NCBI RefSeq assembly: GCF_902652985.1 | Contig: NC_047023.1 | Location: 41,416,001-41,480,000, forward strand | Direction: 5' to 3' | DNA length: 64,000 nucleotides | Source of the DNA: Pecten maximus | Taxonomy: Eukaryota | Part shown: positions 10,874-24,100 of the stretch, in pieces | How the letters are laid out: every line of letters starts with the position of its first letter | Position numbering within the stretch: the stretch's first letter is position 1 | Made by a program: the position numbers and the translations under genes | The notes under the pieces: model-generated | The model's database searches: none | What the model was told of the DNA's origin: nothing | The model's input: only the letters and a program-made list of their open reading frames with translations

Positions 10874-12750
10874 CAGTCCCGTGGTTAGGGATGGAGGGAG
10901 AGTCATGTCTGGCCCTCAGTCCTGTGGTTAGGGATGGAGGGCTAGTCATGTCCGGCCCTCAGTCCCGTGGTTAGGGATGGAGGGCTAGTCATGTCTGGCC
11001 CTCAGTCCTGTGGTTAGGGATGGAGGGCTAGTCATGTCTGGCCCTCAGTCCCGTGGTTAGGGCTAGTCATGTCCGACCCTCAGTCCTGTGGTTAGGGCTA
11101 GTCATGTCTGGCCCTCAGTCCTGTGGTTAGGGATGGAGGGCTAGTCATGTCTGGCCCTCAGTCCCGTGGTTAGGGATGGAGGGCTAGTCATGTCTGGCCC
11201 TCAGTCCCGTGGTTAGGGCTAGTCATGTCTGGCCCTCAGTCCTGTGGTTAGGGCTAGTCATGTCTGGCCCTCAGTCCTGTGGTTAGGGATGGAGGGCTAG
11301 TCATGTCTGGCCCTCAGTCCCGTGGTTAGGGCTAGTCATGTCCGACCCTCAGTCCTGTGGTTAGGGCTAGTCATGTCTGGCCCTCAGTCCCGTAGTTAGG
11401 GATGGAGGGCTAGTCATGTCTGGCCCTCAGTCCTGTGGTTAGGGCTAGTCATGTCCGGCCCTCAGTCCCGTAGTTAGGGATGGAGGGCTAGTCATGTCTG
11501 GCCCTCAGTCCCGTGGTTAGGGCTAGTCATGTCTGGCCCTCAGTCCCGTGGTTAGGGATGGAGGGAGAGTCATGTCTGGCCCTCAGTCCCGTAGTTAGGG
11601 ATGGAGGGCTAGTCATGTCCGACCCTCAGTCCTGTGGTTAGGGCTAGTCATGTCCGGCCCTCAGTCCCGTAGTTAGGGATGGAGGGCTAGTCATGTCTGG
11701 CCCTCAGTCCTGTGGTTAGGGATGGAGGGCTAGTCATGTCCGGCCCTCAGTCCTGTGGTTAGGGCTAGTCATGTCTGGCCCTCAGTCCTGTGGTTAGGGC
11801 TAGTCATGTCCGGCCCTCAGTCCTGTGGTTAGGGCTAGTCATGTCCGGCCCTCAGTCCCGTGGTTAGGGATGGAGGGCTAGTCATGTCTGGCCCTCAGTC
11901 CTGTGGTTAGGGCTAGTCATGTCTGGCCCTCAGTCCTGTGGTTAGGGCTAGTCATGTCGGCCTCGTCCGTGGTTAGGGCTAGTTTATGTCCGACCCTCAG
12001 TTCCCCTGGTTAGGGTTTGTCAGTCTGGCCTCAGTCCGTGGTAGGCTAGTATGTCTGGCCCTCAGTCCTGGGGTTAGGGCTAGTCATAGTCCGGGCCCCC
12101 AGCCTTGGTTAGCTAGTAGTTGGGCCTAGTCCAGGGTAGGGATGACGTCATGTCTGGCCTCAGTCCTGTGGTTAGGGTAGTATGTTGCCTCGTCCTGTGG
12201 TTAGGGAGTCATGTCTGGCCCTCAGTCTGGTGGGATTAGGGGATGGAGGTAGTAGTCGGCCCTCAGTCCTGTGGTTAGGGGGGGCTAGTAATGCCCCCCC
12301 CTCAGCCTGTGGTTAGGGCTGAGGCTAGTCATGCTCTGGCCTCAGTCCGTGGTTAGGCATGGAGGTTATGCGTCATGTCTTGGCCTCAGTCCCGTGGTTA
12401 GGGCTAGTCATGTCTGGCCCTCAGTCCTGTGGTTAGGGATGGAGGGCTAGTCATGTCTGGCCCTCAGTCCCGTGGTTAGGGCTAGTCATGTCTGGCCCTC
12501 AGTCCCTGTGGTTAGGGATGGAGGGCTAGTCATGTCTGGCCCTCAGTCCTGTGGTTAGGGATGGAGGGAGAGTCATGTCCGGCCCTCAGTCCCGTGGTTA
12601 GGGATGGAGGGAGAGTCATGTCCAGCCCTCAGTCCTGTGGTTAGGGCTAGTCATGTCCGGCCCTCAGTCCTGTGGTTAGGGATGGAGGGAGAGTCATGTC
12701 CAGCCCTCAGTCCTGTGGTTAGGGATGGAGGGTGAGTCATATGTCCGAGC
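10874..12750. repeat. 33/43-bp G-rich minisatellite containing TTAGGG
   Basis: Unit CCTCAGTCCYGTGGTTAGGG[ATGGAGGG]CTAGTCATGTCTGGC with an optional insert; indel-rich block at ~11950-12390. Confidence 0.95.
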
Positions 12751-15700
12751 CTATCAGTGCTCTAAAATGCTTACTTCTATCAGAAGACAGACAGGGTAGG
12801 AATATTGATTAGGGCAGGGACATCTGTCAATTCTAACATCAATATCTAAAATATTTAATATATTTTCAAATTATATATATAAATGTATGTATATAGATGC
12901 TTCATCAGCAGATACACAGATGAGAAATGGGACGAAACTGAATTGCAATGAGATGAAGGTCATGAATATGACAGAGCTAGAAGATAATGATGATTCCCTG
13001 TTCGATGTTTAGACCCCATCCTTGTATAACAAGATTCCAACCATGTGTGAACAGACCTTGCTTCTGTATAACATATGTCTCATGATTCCCATCCCCATTC
13101 TATATCGGGGTAATTATGGCCCTGCCTCGGCATAACAAGGCCCTGCTCTTGCAAAGCCAAGAAATAGTTATGAATATTGAGCAATTGTATTATGCATATT
13201 TTCCGTGGAGTACTGAACATCTGAACACATAAGGAGAAAAAAAATCAGATATTGTTTGATTCATTTTCTCATTTCAAATTAGATCACATTTTGGTATATA
13301 TTGTTTTTTAAAAATCTCCAAATCAATTTGAATTAGATTATGTACAATACTGGTAGTTTACAGAATATTTACAATTGATGTTGTACAAAATGTAAAGGAA
13401 ATCATGATATTGAAATGTATAGAAAACATGGATTTCATACATAAAATAGTTGTTTTATATTTTAACAAAGCCATTTACATAAATATATTGTATTTATACT
13501 CCATTCATTTCTCTATGTACAACACTAAAGTGTTAATTTAATGTCACAAAATATTTTACTCCACAATGCACACATTAAGCTAAAATTAGTAAAATGATAG
13601 ATTTCCCTTCATTTGTGTATGAATTAATTGAAAGAATAATCAATTTCTGAAATGATCAATTAAGCTATATAAAAATACTCACAATGTTTGCTACGTAACA
13701 AAGAGATTTGGCATAAATTTCCAGCCGTCTTGATACATAGACTGTGGGTTAAAAATTTGTACCAAGTCCCTGAGCTAAATACTTCCTTGGCTATTTTAGC
13801 TAGAAATCCTCTAAATGTGTACCTTACAAACAACCATTAGCACCACACTGGTATATGATTTAAAAAAAAAAAAAAATAAATCCGAGACACCTTTCTCCTT
13901 GTCATTGGAATTAACCAATATTGAGTGTAAAGAATATATATTTCATGATGTTTATATAGGCCGTTCAGGATATAGAGGATACTGAATGGTTTCAAGTTAA
14001 ATATAGAATATATTTCATGAGTATGACAGAATATTGATATTTGCAGGAGTGAGAAGCACGGGTGAAAAATATCAAAATATTCTGTCATATGAGAGAAATA
14101 TATGTTACATCAAAAGGGAAACCATTCAATTTTCTTTTTATTGCATTTTACATACTTATAAACAAAATTAAAAACATCGAAAAAATTAATTTTGTGAAAA
14201 AGTGCAGGAATCAGTAACATAATTCATAACGTCATCTTTTTGTGTTGTTTCTCCAAGCCAGCTTTAAAAGGACTGATCAATGCAATTTATGCGTTTTCTG
14301 CTGTTAACGGAGTATCTGTGCATGCATAGCTAACGTCAAGTAATTTTTTTTTATCAAAAACCTGTCTGAATATTTCAGAAATACAGCAAAATAACCAATT
14401 TGTCTATCTTTGCTTTGATAGGAAAAATCGGCAAGTTTCAATGAGGTGAATAAAAAGGATTGCACTGATTGGTCAAAAACGAAAAACGTATACATTGTAT
14501 TTTCACTGCAAAACTTATTTTTTAACTGCAAATTCTTATATTTTCAATGCAAAATCTTTTAATTCATTGCTCATCGCTGCAGTGGAAAAATAAGTTTGAA
14601 AAAAATTTCTATATTTTACAGGCAAAAAATGCAATAAAAAGATTTAGTGTCAATCTTACCATAAATGATCCTAGTGTTTATTTGGCCTTTGGGTACAAAA
14701 TGCTCATATTATACCTCTAAGTTCTTATGAATTACAACCCCTTATGAGTTACGACCCCTTATGAAATACAGGGTCTTTCAGTGTAATTTGCTGTGTGTGC
14801 TTGCTGCTGGTAGAAACCGTCTATATTGAGGTTTCTGATGCTGTATGTCACATTTAAATGAGGTGGCACCAACACAGGATGCCTGACTAAGGACTTTGAA
14901 TCTCAAAAAAGTCTTTGCTCTATTCTACTACAAAAAAATTGTATCAAATTCTTATTAAATTTTTTTAATTAATATGACCACTACACAACAGGACATTCTT
15001 GCTGACAGGTATACATATTGTATGCATGATAATTTGTGCGCATGCATACCTCGGATACCCAGGTCCCTGTGCTGTTTGATTACATACCTTGGATACCCAG
15101 GTCCCTTGCTGTTTGATTACAATCAGCACACAGAATGTAGTGTGTTCTATGTCTTTTGTGTTTCTTTTTTTGAAACTCTTTGAAAGTACATTTACATCAT
15201 TGAAAAGTAGCATATATCCTTAAATGAAAAAGCCATGCAGACATCCAATGATTGTTGCTGATGTTTGGTATATAAATAGATTACCATAAAAGGAATGTTT
15301 CATTGTAAAAGGAATAAAAAAGTGGGACTATAATAATTTGACGTATAAAAATATTGCCACACACTATCATACTAATATCAAATACCAAGAGTTGGAATAT
15401 ATATAGTTCCTTCACATTACTCCAACACAAAACAAAACAAATGACATAAATAACTATAAACTATTTGGTATATTTTGTATGTATCAATACTAGTAACTAA
15501 TGGGCCAGTTTTTACTGCCAGCAGATAAAAAAAGCACCGCTTCACCATATTGCTCATCTTAAATGGCAATAAAAAGCTTCAAGATGTAACACTTCAGAGT
15601 ATTATAATTCAGTATGACACAGCCAAATATTGCCATACAGATAAACAGCTGTGCCAATTAGATTTTGTCTGTTTCAAATTGATATACACAAAAAATCTTT

Positions 15701-16358
15701 TGAATAATCCAAACTGGCTATTGATAATTAAACGTATCAATAACTCTTACATTAGTTTCATATTTTAATTAACTTGATCTGAAAAACTTCAGGTATATCT
15801 AAATTTCAATTATGCTCAATGTGATACTATACACAGAGCCATTAAGGGCCTTTAGCTGACCCTTGACATTAGTTAATATCAGAAGTCAAAACATAATATT
15901 GAAACCTAGGTCAAACTAGAAAAATCAAAATTGAAACTAAATTCTGGAATTCTTAGGAACCAAACCATAGTACCAAGTGAAAACCCTGATAAATTGATGC
16001 CATGTATTCCTATAACCTTTGTTAAATCCTAAGAGTTATTTTCTTTGTAAAAACAAGACAGACAATTAGAAAATAAGCAATCTTAAGTGCCCCACCTTTG
16101 AACAAAGGGCCATAACTCTGTATAAAGTGGAATTTGAGACATGATGTTAGTTTGCAGCACTCTGTAATCCCAAGAGGTGCAAAATTTGGCAGTTGTAAGT
16201 GGAAAGTACACACGATATACCTAGGTCAAGGTGAAGCACAGATTGACTGGTTGTCTCCAGTGGTACCTGTAGCGGATCATAAGTGTCATTGGAATATAAG
16301 GAATTTATAATACAAGTTCCAACCATTTGATATGTCAAAAATCTTTAGATGAGCAATA

Positions 16359-17254
16359 CTGTATACCCGGTATTTTTCGCCCCAGGTTATTTTCGCCCTT
16401 GATCAACACAAAAAATATTCGCCCCGTTTTAAATTCGCCCTAAACTACTTTTATGAAATGTCTTTTCCTCGTTTACAATCGGAAAATTCCGTTCAAAATT
16501 CTCTATACAGTTGCACTCGGAACAATCGGTAGTTATCTAGTTCCCCTATTTTCTTTTCTTTGTACATGCGTATATATCCCGCTGAGGGGTGAAATGCAAT
16601 CAGGTTTGAAATATACAACTTTTACCTGTGTTCAGATTTACTTTTAGCCCCTATTGATTCAAATAGTATCAGGTATGCATGGGCGATTTTAAGCAAACAC
16701 GATGAAAGGTAAGTTCACCGTGCCGTGACTAATTACTGACCAGTGTTTTCTCTAGTTCAGTTGTATACATCGATGGAAGCCACAAGCTACGGTGAACTCA
16801 TAAAATCAGTCTTCACAATGACAAGAATTTGATGCTTTTTTGTGTGCATCATTTTTAAAGTTTTAAAGTTACTTAGTATTTATAGTTTTTTAAATCAAAT
16901 ATACTAAACCTAGTACGCTATCTTAGCCCATTTTCTCGATTTAACTGAACGTAATGTTGCAAATTAACTAGACCTAGATTTAGATCAAGATTTTATTTCA
17001 CATACACAGATTGGAATAAAGCAATGGATTATTTTATAAATTTAGTGCTAGTATAACACGTGTTGCTTGTGATGGTATAGATTAAAACTCACTTGAAAAG
17101 CACAGGGGGTATGTTTTGGTTCCGACTACAATTGACCTATGTACGATGACTTGTAAATTCTTCAATACAGCTTGAAATTTTCGCCATCATCTTAAATTCG
17201 CCCTATCATCAAAGGGCGAAAATTAAACGGGGGCGAAAATGACCAGGTATACAG
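16359..17254. mobile_element. Non-autonomous TA-target DNA transposon (Tc1/mariner/pogo-type MITE), ~900 bp
   Basis: TA|CTGTATACCCGGTATTTTTCGCCCC ... GGGGCGAAAATGACCAGGTATACAG|TA: imperfect TIRs flanked by TA, with subterminal TTCGCCC/GGGCGAA motifs and no transposase ORF. Confidence 0.85.
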
Positions 17255-17448
17255 TATATCAAATTAAAACAAGTTTAAGGCTATTCCATATTACAATGCT
17301 ATTTATCAAAATTACTCATCAGAAAATACCTGAAAACTTTCAATTCCAATTCCCTATAATACCAATTAATTTTGACTCTGATGTCGAATCATGACATCAT
17401 ATATTTCTTATGTGACATCACATGTATCCATTAATATTTAATCATGAC

Positions 17449-18042
17449 ATAGCCATATTACACAGTAAAACAGGCTGATCTTTAGCCATATTACACAGTA
17501 AAACAGGCTGATCTTTAGCCATATTACACAGTAAAACAGGCTGATCTTTAGCCATATTACACAGTAAAACAGGCTGATCTATAGCCATATTACACAGTAC
17601 AACAGGCTCATCTTTAGCCATATTACACAGTACAACAGGCTCATCTTTAGCCATATTACACAGTAAAACAGGCTGATCTATAGCCATATTACACAGTAAA
17701 ACAGGCTAATCTTTAGCCATATTACACAGTAAAACAGGCTGATCTTTAGCCATATTACACAGTAAAACAGGCTAATCTTTAGCCATATTACACAGTAAAA
17801 CAGGCTGATCTATAGCCATATTACACAGTAAAACAGGCTGATCTATAGCCATATTACACAGTAAAACAGGCTGATCTTTAGCCATATTACACAGTAAAAC
17901 AGGCTGATCTATAGCCATATTACACAGTAAAACAGGCTGATCTATAGCCATATTACACAGTACAACAGGCTCATCTTTAGCCATATTACACAGTAAAACA
18001 GGCTCAACTTTAGCCATATTACAACGTAAAACAGGCTCATCT
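17449..18042. repeat. 33-bp minisatellite (~18 units)
   Basis: Unit TAGCCATATTACACAGTAAAACAGGCTGATCTW. Confidence 0.95.
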
Positions 18043-18580
18043 TATGATAAAATTAAAATCTCTGCAGGTGTCCATTTGTGAAAAAAATCCTTCATATATA
18101 TTTAACAAACATTAACATTTATATTTAACATAAACACATTGCGACATTAAGTAACAATAAACACAACAGCTGATAGACAAATTTCTAACTCCACAAGTCA
18201 GAAAATAAATGCTCTAATGCACATGGTATTGTAATCACATCTAACATGAGTGGATTCTGGTTACAGCAGTAACCCAGAGGAAGTGGCCGATCTGCATCGC
18301 CAGAGTTGTCTACCTTGATTTTCAGGTGGCACTGTATGCAAGACAAGGATCTGACCAAGCAAAACAGTGAACACCAATATCAACAAGGTTAAAACCCATC
18401 TAAAAAAAACAGTTACCACGAACCCTAAACAATTTCATTTACTCTGGAGTAATTTCATCTTTGACAAATAGATTCTTCCATAAAACAACACGCCAATCTA
18501 TGTTTTATAAAACCTTTCTGGCTGTCAATCAAGACTGAGTGGGATTCCTTATGATCCCTTATTAAAGACTAACCTATACT

Positions 18581-18700
18581 ATTACATCAGACCATTCCAT
18601 TTCAATCTTAAGGTGTAAGGAATTTGGTATGTGACATATAATATTACATCAGACCATTCCATTTCAATCTTAAGGTGTAAGGAATTTGGTATGTGACATA
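18581..18700. repeat. ~62-bp direct tandem duplication
   Basis: ATTACATCAGACCATTCCATTTCAATCTTAAGGTGTAAGGAATTTGGTATGTGACATA occurs twice in succession. Confidence 0.9.
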
Positions 18701-19039
18701 TCCTTAGGTGAAAAATAATTGCGTTGTCCAAGTTACTTTATGAGAACACATCCAGAAATATCAGTACAGTAAATAAAACAAAATCAATAATAGCGTATAA
18801 CTTGTATGGTTGTGATTTCTGACTACAGAATTTCTAGTTTCTTTCTACAATTTTTCAGATCTCTTTAAACACCTCCTGTTCAATGCCATGATAGGGGAGG
18901 AGAATCTTAAGATAGTTGATTTTTTCTGGAAAATATGAGCTTGTTATGAAGTCACTGCAGGATTATCCCAATACAATCCAGTCATTAGCAGCCACAGCAG
19001 GTTTTTCTGCTAGAGTTGAACTAATTAGAATTATCTGGC

Positions 19040-19600
19040 ACAAATGAGCTCATTGCGATGTCACAGTAGAATTTCAAAGTAAAGGTGAGCTCATTAAGAA
19101 GAAAGTAGAACTCCTCGTACCAGTGAACTCTCCTCGTACCAGTGAACTCCTCATACCAGTGAACTCCTCGTACCAGTGAACTCCTCGTACCAGTGAACTT
19201 GTAATGAAGTCGAATTGGAATATTGGGGAGAGGTGAGACTGTCAGAAGTCACAGCCCATTTGAGCTCATTAGAAGATTCATCTGCTCATAATAAGAGCTC
19301 ATCAGATGTAACAGCACAGGTGAGCTCATCAGAATTCATGGCTCAGTTGAGCTCATCAATAATTAGATAAGGTGAGCTCACCAGAAGTTACACTTCAGTG
19401 TAGCTTATTAAGAAGTCACAGCTCATGGAATTTCCCCGTACATCTGAGCTCGCTTAAATGTCACTCGGCTCAGGGGAACTCAGTAACAAATCATAGCTTG
19501 TACAAATACCTAGTAAATACGGGCTTCTTTACAGCAGGACATCCTCATACCTCAGAGCTCTTTTAAAAATCATGACCCAGGTGAGCTTGTTAGAAACAGT
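19040..19600. repeat. Degenerate TGAGCTCA-containing repeat with an embedded 17-bp array (19108-19199)
   Basis: Recurrent GTGAGCTCATYAGAAGTCACAG-like motif; (GAACTCCTCGTACCAGT)n, about 5 copies. Confidence 0.7.
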
Positions 19601-19914
19601 AGAATAGTTCCAGTAGACATAAATAAATCAAAGATTTCTTTCTAATGATAATGTACCATCATCAACAGCAGTGTTTATAAGCTTTTCTAAGAAACCAGCA
19701 GTCGAAAGTTTTCAATTGTGTAAAGTGTGACACCAGATATTCCACACGGTCACGCACCAATAGGAAGTACTTATTAACACTCATACCTAGGGATAGTTCA
19801 GCGTATCAGCCAGTTTGTATTTTTACACGTTAAATACAAACCAAATCAGATCGTTTTAGAGAGGATTTTGTAATCCATATTGCGGTAATTTGCACGGCTA
19901 GAGAACCCCTGATG

Positions 19915-20097
19915 TCAATCATGGGCCTTGTCTGTCAATAGAGTTGTGTGTCCACCCAGTGTCACCTTGAATACTTTTTTGCCCCACGGAATTGTTCGTG
20001 GTTTTAAAATGGCTTCTAAATAAATAAATGTGGCCATGAATTCCCGGAACACCCAGCATAGCACATATTTAAGCTTTGAAAATGGTGGAGGTCCATT
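19915..20097 (-). CDS. UGCG: UGCG-like coding exon 9 (last)
   Basis: TTTTCAG acceptor; NGPPPFSKLKYVLCWVFREFMATFIYLEAILKPRTIPWGKKVFKVTLGGHTTLLTDKAHD-TGA. Confidence 0.93.
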   Translation of the reverse strand, partial: NGPPPFSKLKYVLCWVFREFMATFIYLEAILKPRTIPWGKKVFKVTLGGHTTLLTDKAHD

Positions 20098-20508
20098 CTG
20101 AAAATAAAAATAAAAATATAAAATTATTCTTTTCAAAAGAAGACAATCTGTTTTCTATAAGTGCCCTTTATCTGTAAAAGTGCTTTGAATTATCTCAATA
20201 CTGAAAACAGGTATCTAAAAAATATACAGCTACCTTACACATATCATACATATGATTGGTGCTAAACTTAAATGAACCCTGGGAGTTCTTTGATATTTTA
20301 ATTGTGAATTTGATCTTAAGTATACCTGCATTCTGTGCAGGGTGTGGGATATGCAAGAATATCTTTTATATTTGAAATATTGCTGTAACAATTATTAAAA
20401 AGAATCGAAAATGAAAAACATCAAATAAAGACATATTTTCAATTGCTGTTCAGTAAGGAAAATTAGAACCAAATTTATAAAAGAGGATAAACAGTCAAAT
20501 TAACTGAC

Positions 20509-20701
20509 CTGAACCGTCCGTAATTGTAAATAATCCAAAAACAGCATTGTTAACACGTGGATAGGGAAAAAATAGTACATATGAACTCCAAAGAAATGGT
20601 AGCATGTCCAACTTCCTATAAGGCCTGATGGAATACAATCCGCCAGGGGTTCTAGAAATCCAGCTACCAGAGGCATCATATTCAGACGAAGTCGTGTCCA
20701 C
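20509..20701 (-). CDS. UGCG: UGCG-like coding exon 8
   Basis: TGTAG acceptor, CAG|GTCAGT donor; (R)WTRLRLNMMPLVAGFLEPLADC...LDYLQLRTVQ. Confidence 0.93.
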
Positions 20702-20879
20702 CTACAATACATTGGTGTGTCTTTATCAGGTATTCTAGATGGCCAGCAAATGCTACATTTACATTATTGAAGCTTGTGTGCGTAAGAGAAATTTGAAATA
20801 GCTATTAACCAGGTATGCGACTTTTAATCAAAATGTTGTTTTCAATTGATCATCGATTCCCATATCATTTGTTACTTAC

Positions 20880-20966
20880 CTGACCATTCTGTCTTTAAAA
20901 GCTCGTAATGTTAATGAAGCTATATTTTGTTGTGCAGGGAAGGCTGATAGCACAAGTTTATGACCT
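20880..20966 (-). CDS. UGCG: UGCG-like coding exon 7
   Basis: TTCCAG acceptor, AG|GTAAGT donor; (K)GHKLVLSAFPAQQNIASLTLRAFKDRMV(R), first half of the RxxRW motif. Confidence 0.92.
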
Positions 20967-21147
20967 CTGGAATGAAAAAAAAAAATCTTGTTTTATAGCA
21001 AATATAGGAGAAAATGTGGAGGTGATATATATACTTTCAAACATTTTAAGTCTAACAAGCTATCAGATATACACTGAGTTATTTTCAAAAAACATTCAAA
21101 ATAAAATATTTCATATTTCTTCATTTGTTATAAAATGACTTAAAAAT

Positions 21148-24100
21148 AGTATCACAGACCTATACCACAGTATCACAGACCTATACCACAGTATCACTGA
21201 CCTATACCACAGTATCACTGACCTATACCACAGTATCACAGACCTATACCACAGTATCACTGACCTATACCACAGTATCACTGACCTATACCACAGTATC
21301 ACTGGTCTATACCACGGTATCACAGACCTGATACCACAGTATCACAGACCTGATACCACAGTATCACAGACCTATACCACAGTATCACAGACCTATACCA
21401 CAGTATCACTGGTCAATACCACAGTATCACTGACCTAAACCACAGTATCACAGACCTATACCACAGTATCACTGACCTATACCACAGTTTCACTGGTCTG
21501 TACCACAGTATCACTGACCTATACCACAGTATCACTGGTCTATACCACAGTATCACAGACCTATACCACAGTATCAGACCTATACCACAGTATCACTGAC
21601 CTATACCACAGTATCACTGGTCTATACCACAGAATCACAGACCTATACTACAGTATCACTGACCTATACCACAGTATCACTGACCTATACCACAGTATCA
21701 CAGACCTATACCACAGTATCACTGGTCTATACCACAGAATCACAGACCTATACCACAGTATCACAGACCTATACCACAGTATCACTGACCTATACCACAG
21801 AATTACAGACCTATACCACAGTATCACAGACCTATACCACAGTATCACTGACCTAAACCACAGTATCACTGATCTATACCACAGTATCACTGACCTATAC
21901 CACAGTATCACTGGTCTATACCACAGAATCACAGACCTATACCACAGTATCACTGGTCTATACCACAGTATCACTTGTCTATACCACAGAATCACAGACC
22001 TATACCACAGTATCACAGACCTATACTACAGTATCACTGGTCTATACCACAGTATCACAGACCTATACTACAGTATCACTGGTCTATACCACAGTATCAC
22101 AGACCTATACCACAGTATCAGACCTATACCACAGTATCACTGACCTATACCACAGTATCACAGACCTATACCACAGTATCACTGGTCTATACCACAGAAT
22201 CACAGACCTATACCACAGTATCACAGACCTATACCACAGTATCACTGACCTATACCACAGTATCACTGACCTATACCACAGTATCACTGACCTATACCAC
22301 AGTATCACAGACCTATACCACAGTATCACTGACCTATACCACAGTATCACTGACCTATACCACAGTATCACAGACCTATACCACAGTATCACTGACCTAT
22401 ACCACAGTATCACTGGTCTATACCACAGTATCACTGACCTATACCACAGTATCACAGACCTATACCACAGTATCACTGACCTATACCACAGTATCACTGG
22501 TCTATACCACAGTATCACTGGTCTATACCACAGTATCACTGACCTATACCACAGTATCACTGACCTATGCCACAGTATCACTGGTCTATACCACAGTATC
22601 ACAGATCTATACCACAGTATCACTGGTCTATACCACAGTATCAGACCTATACCACATTATCACAGACCTATACCACAGTATCACAGACCTATACCACAGT
22701 ATCACTGGTCTATACCACAGTATCACTGACCTATACCACAGTATCACAGACCTATACCACAGTATCACAGACCTATACCACAGTATCACTGACCTATACC
22801 ACAGTATCACTGACCTATACCACAGTATCACTGGTCTATACCACAGTATCACTGACCTATACCACAGTATCACTGATCTATACCACAGTATCACTGGTCT
22901 TTACCACAGTATCACTGACCTATACCACAGTATCACTGGTCTATACCACAGTATCACTGGTCTATACCACAGTATCACTGGTCTATACCACAGTATCACT
23001 GACCTATACCACAGTATCACAGACCTATACCACAGTATCACTGGTTTATACCACAGTATCACTGGTCTATACCACAGTATCACAGACCTATACCACAGTA
23101 TCACTGACCTATACCACAGTATCACAGACCTATACCACAGTATCACAGACCTATACCACAGTATCACAGACCTATACCACAGTATCACAGACCTATACCA
23201 CAGTATCACAGACCTATACCACAGTATCATTGGTCTATACCACAGTTTCACTGACCTATACCACAGTATCACAGACCTATACCACAGTATCACTGACCTA
23301 TACCACAGTATCACAGACCTATACCACAGTATCACAGACCTATACCACAGTATCACTGGTCTATACCACAGTATCACTGACCTATACCACAGTATCACTG
23401 GTCTATACCACAGTATCACTGGTCTATACCACGGTATCACAGACCTGATACCACAGTATCACAGACCTATACCACAGTATCACAGACCTATACCACAGTA
23501 TCACTGGTCAATACCACAGTATCACTGACCTATACCACAGTATCACAGACCTATACCACAGTATCACTGACCTATACCACAGTTTCACTGGTCTATACCA
23601 CATTATCACTGACCTATACCACAGTATCACTGGTCTATACCACAATATCACAGACCTATACCACAGTATCACTGACCTATACCACAGTATCACAGACCTA
23701 TACCACAGTATCACTGGTCTATACCACAGTATCACAGACCTATACCACAGTATCACTGACCTATACCACAGTATAACTGACCTATACCACAGTATCACTG
23801 ACCTATACCACAGTATCACTGACCAGTATCACTGACCTATACCACAGTATCACTGACCTATACCACAGTATCACTGGTCTATACCACAGTATCACTGACC
23901 TATACCACAGTATCACTGATCTATACCACAGTATCACTGGTCTTTACCACAGTATCACTGACCTATACCACAGTATCACTGGTCTATACCACAGTATCAC
24001 TGGTCTATACCACAGTATCACTGGTCTATACCACAGTATCACTGACCTATACCACAGTATCACAGACCTATACCACAGTATCACTGACCTATACCACAGT

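Noticed and set aside
12915-12945. CAGATGAG...GACGAAAC hammerhead-like string
   Set aside because: Core mismatch (CAGA instead of CTGA) and no supporting stems.
13960-14640. Possible DNA transposon with inverted TTTTTATTGCATTT/AAATGCAATAAAAA and GAATGGTTTC/GAAACCATTC pairs
   Set aside because: Short AT-rich matches with no definable TSD or boundaries; probably an old repeat, but not supportable.
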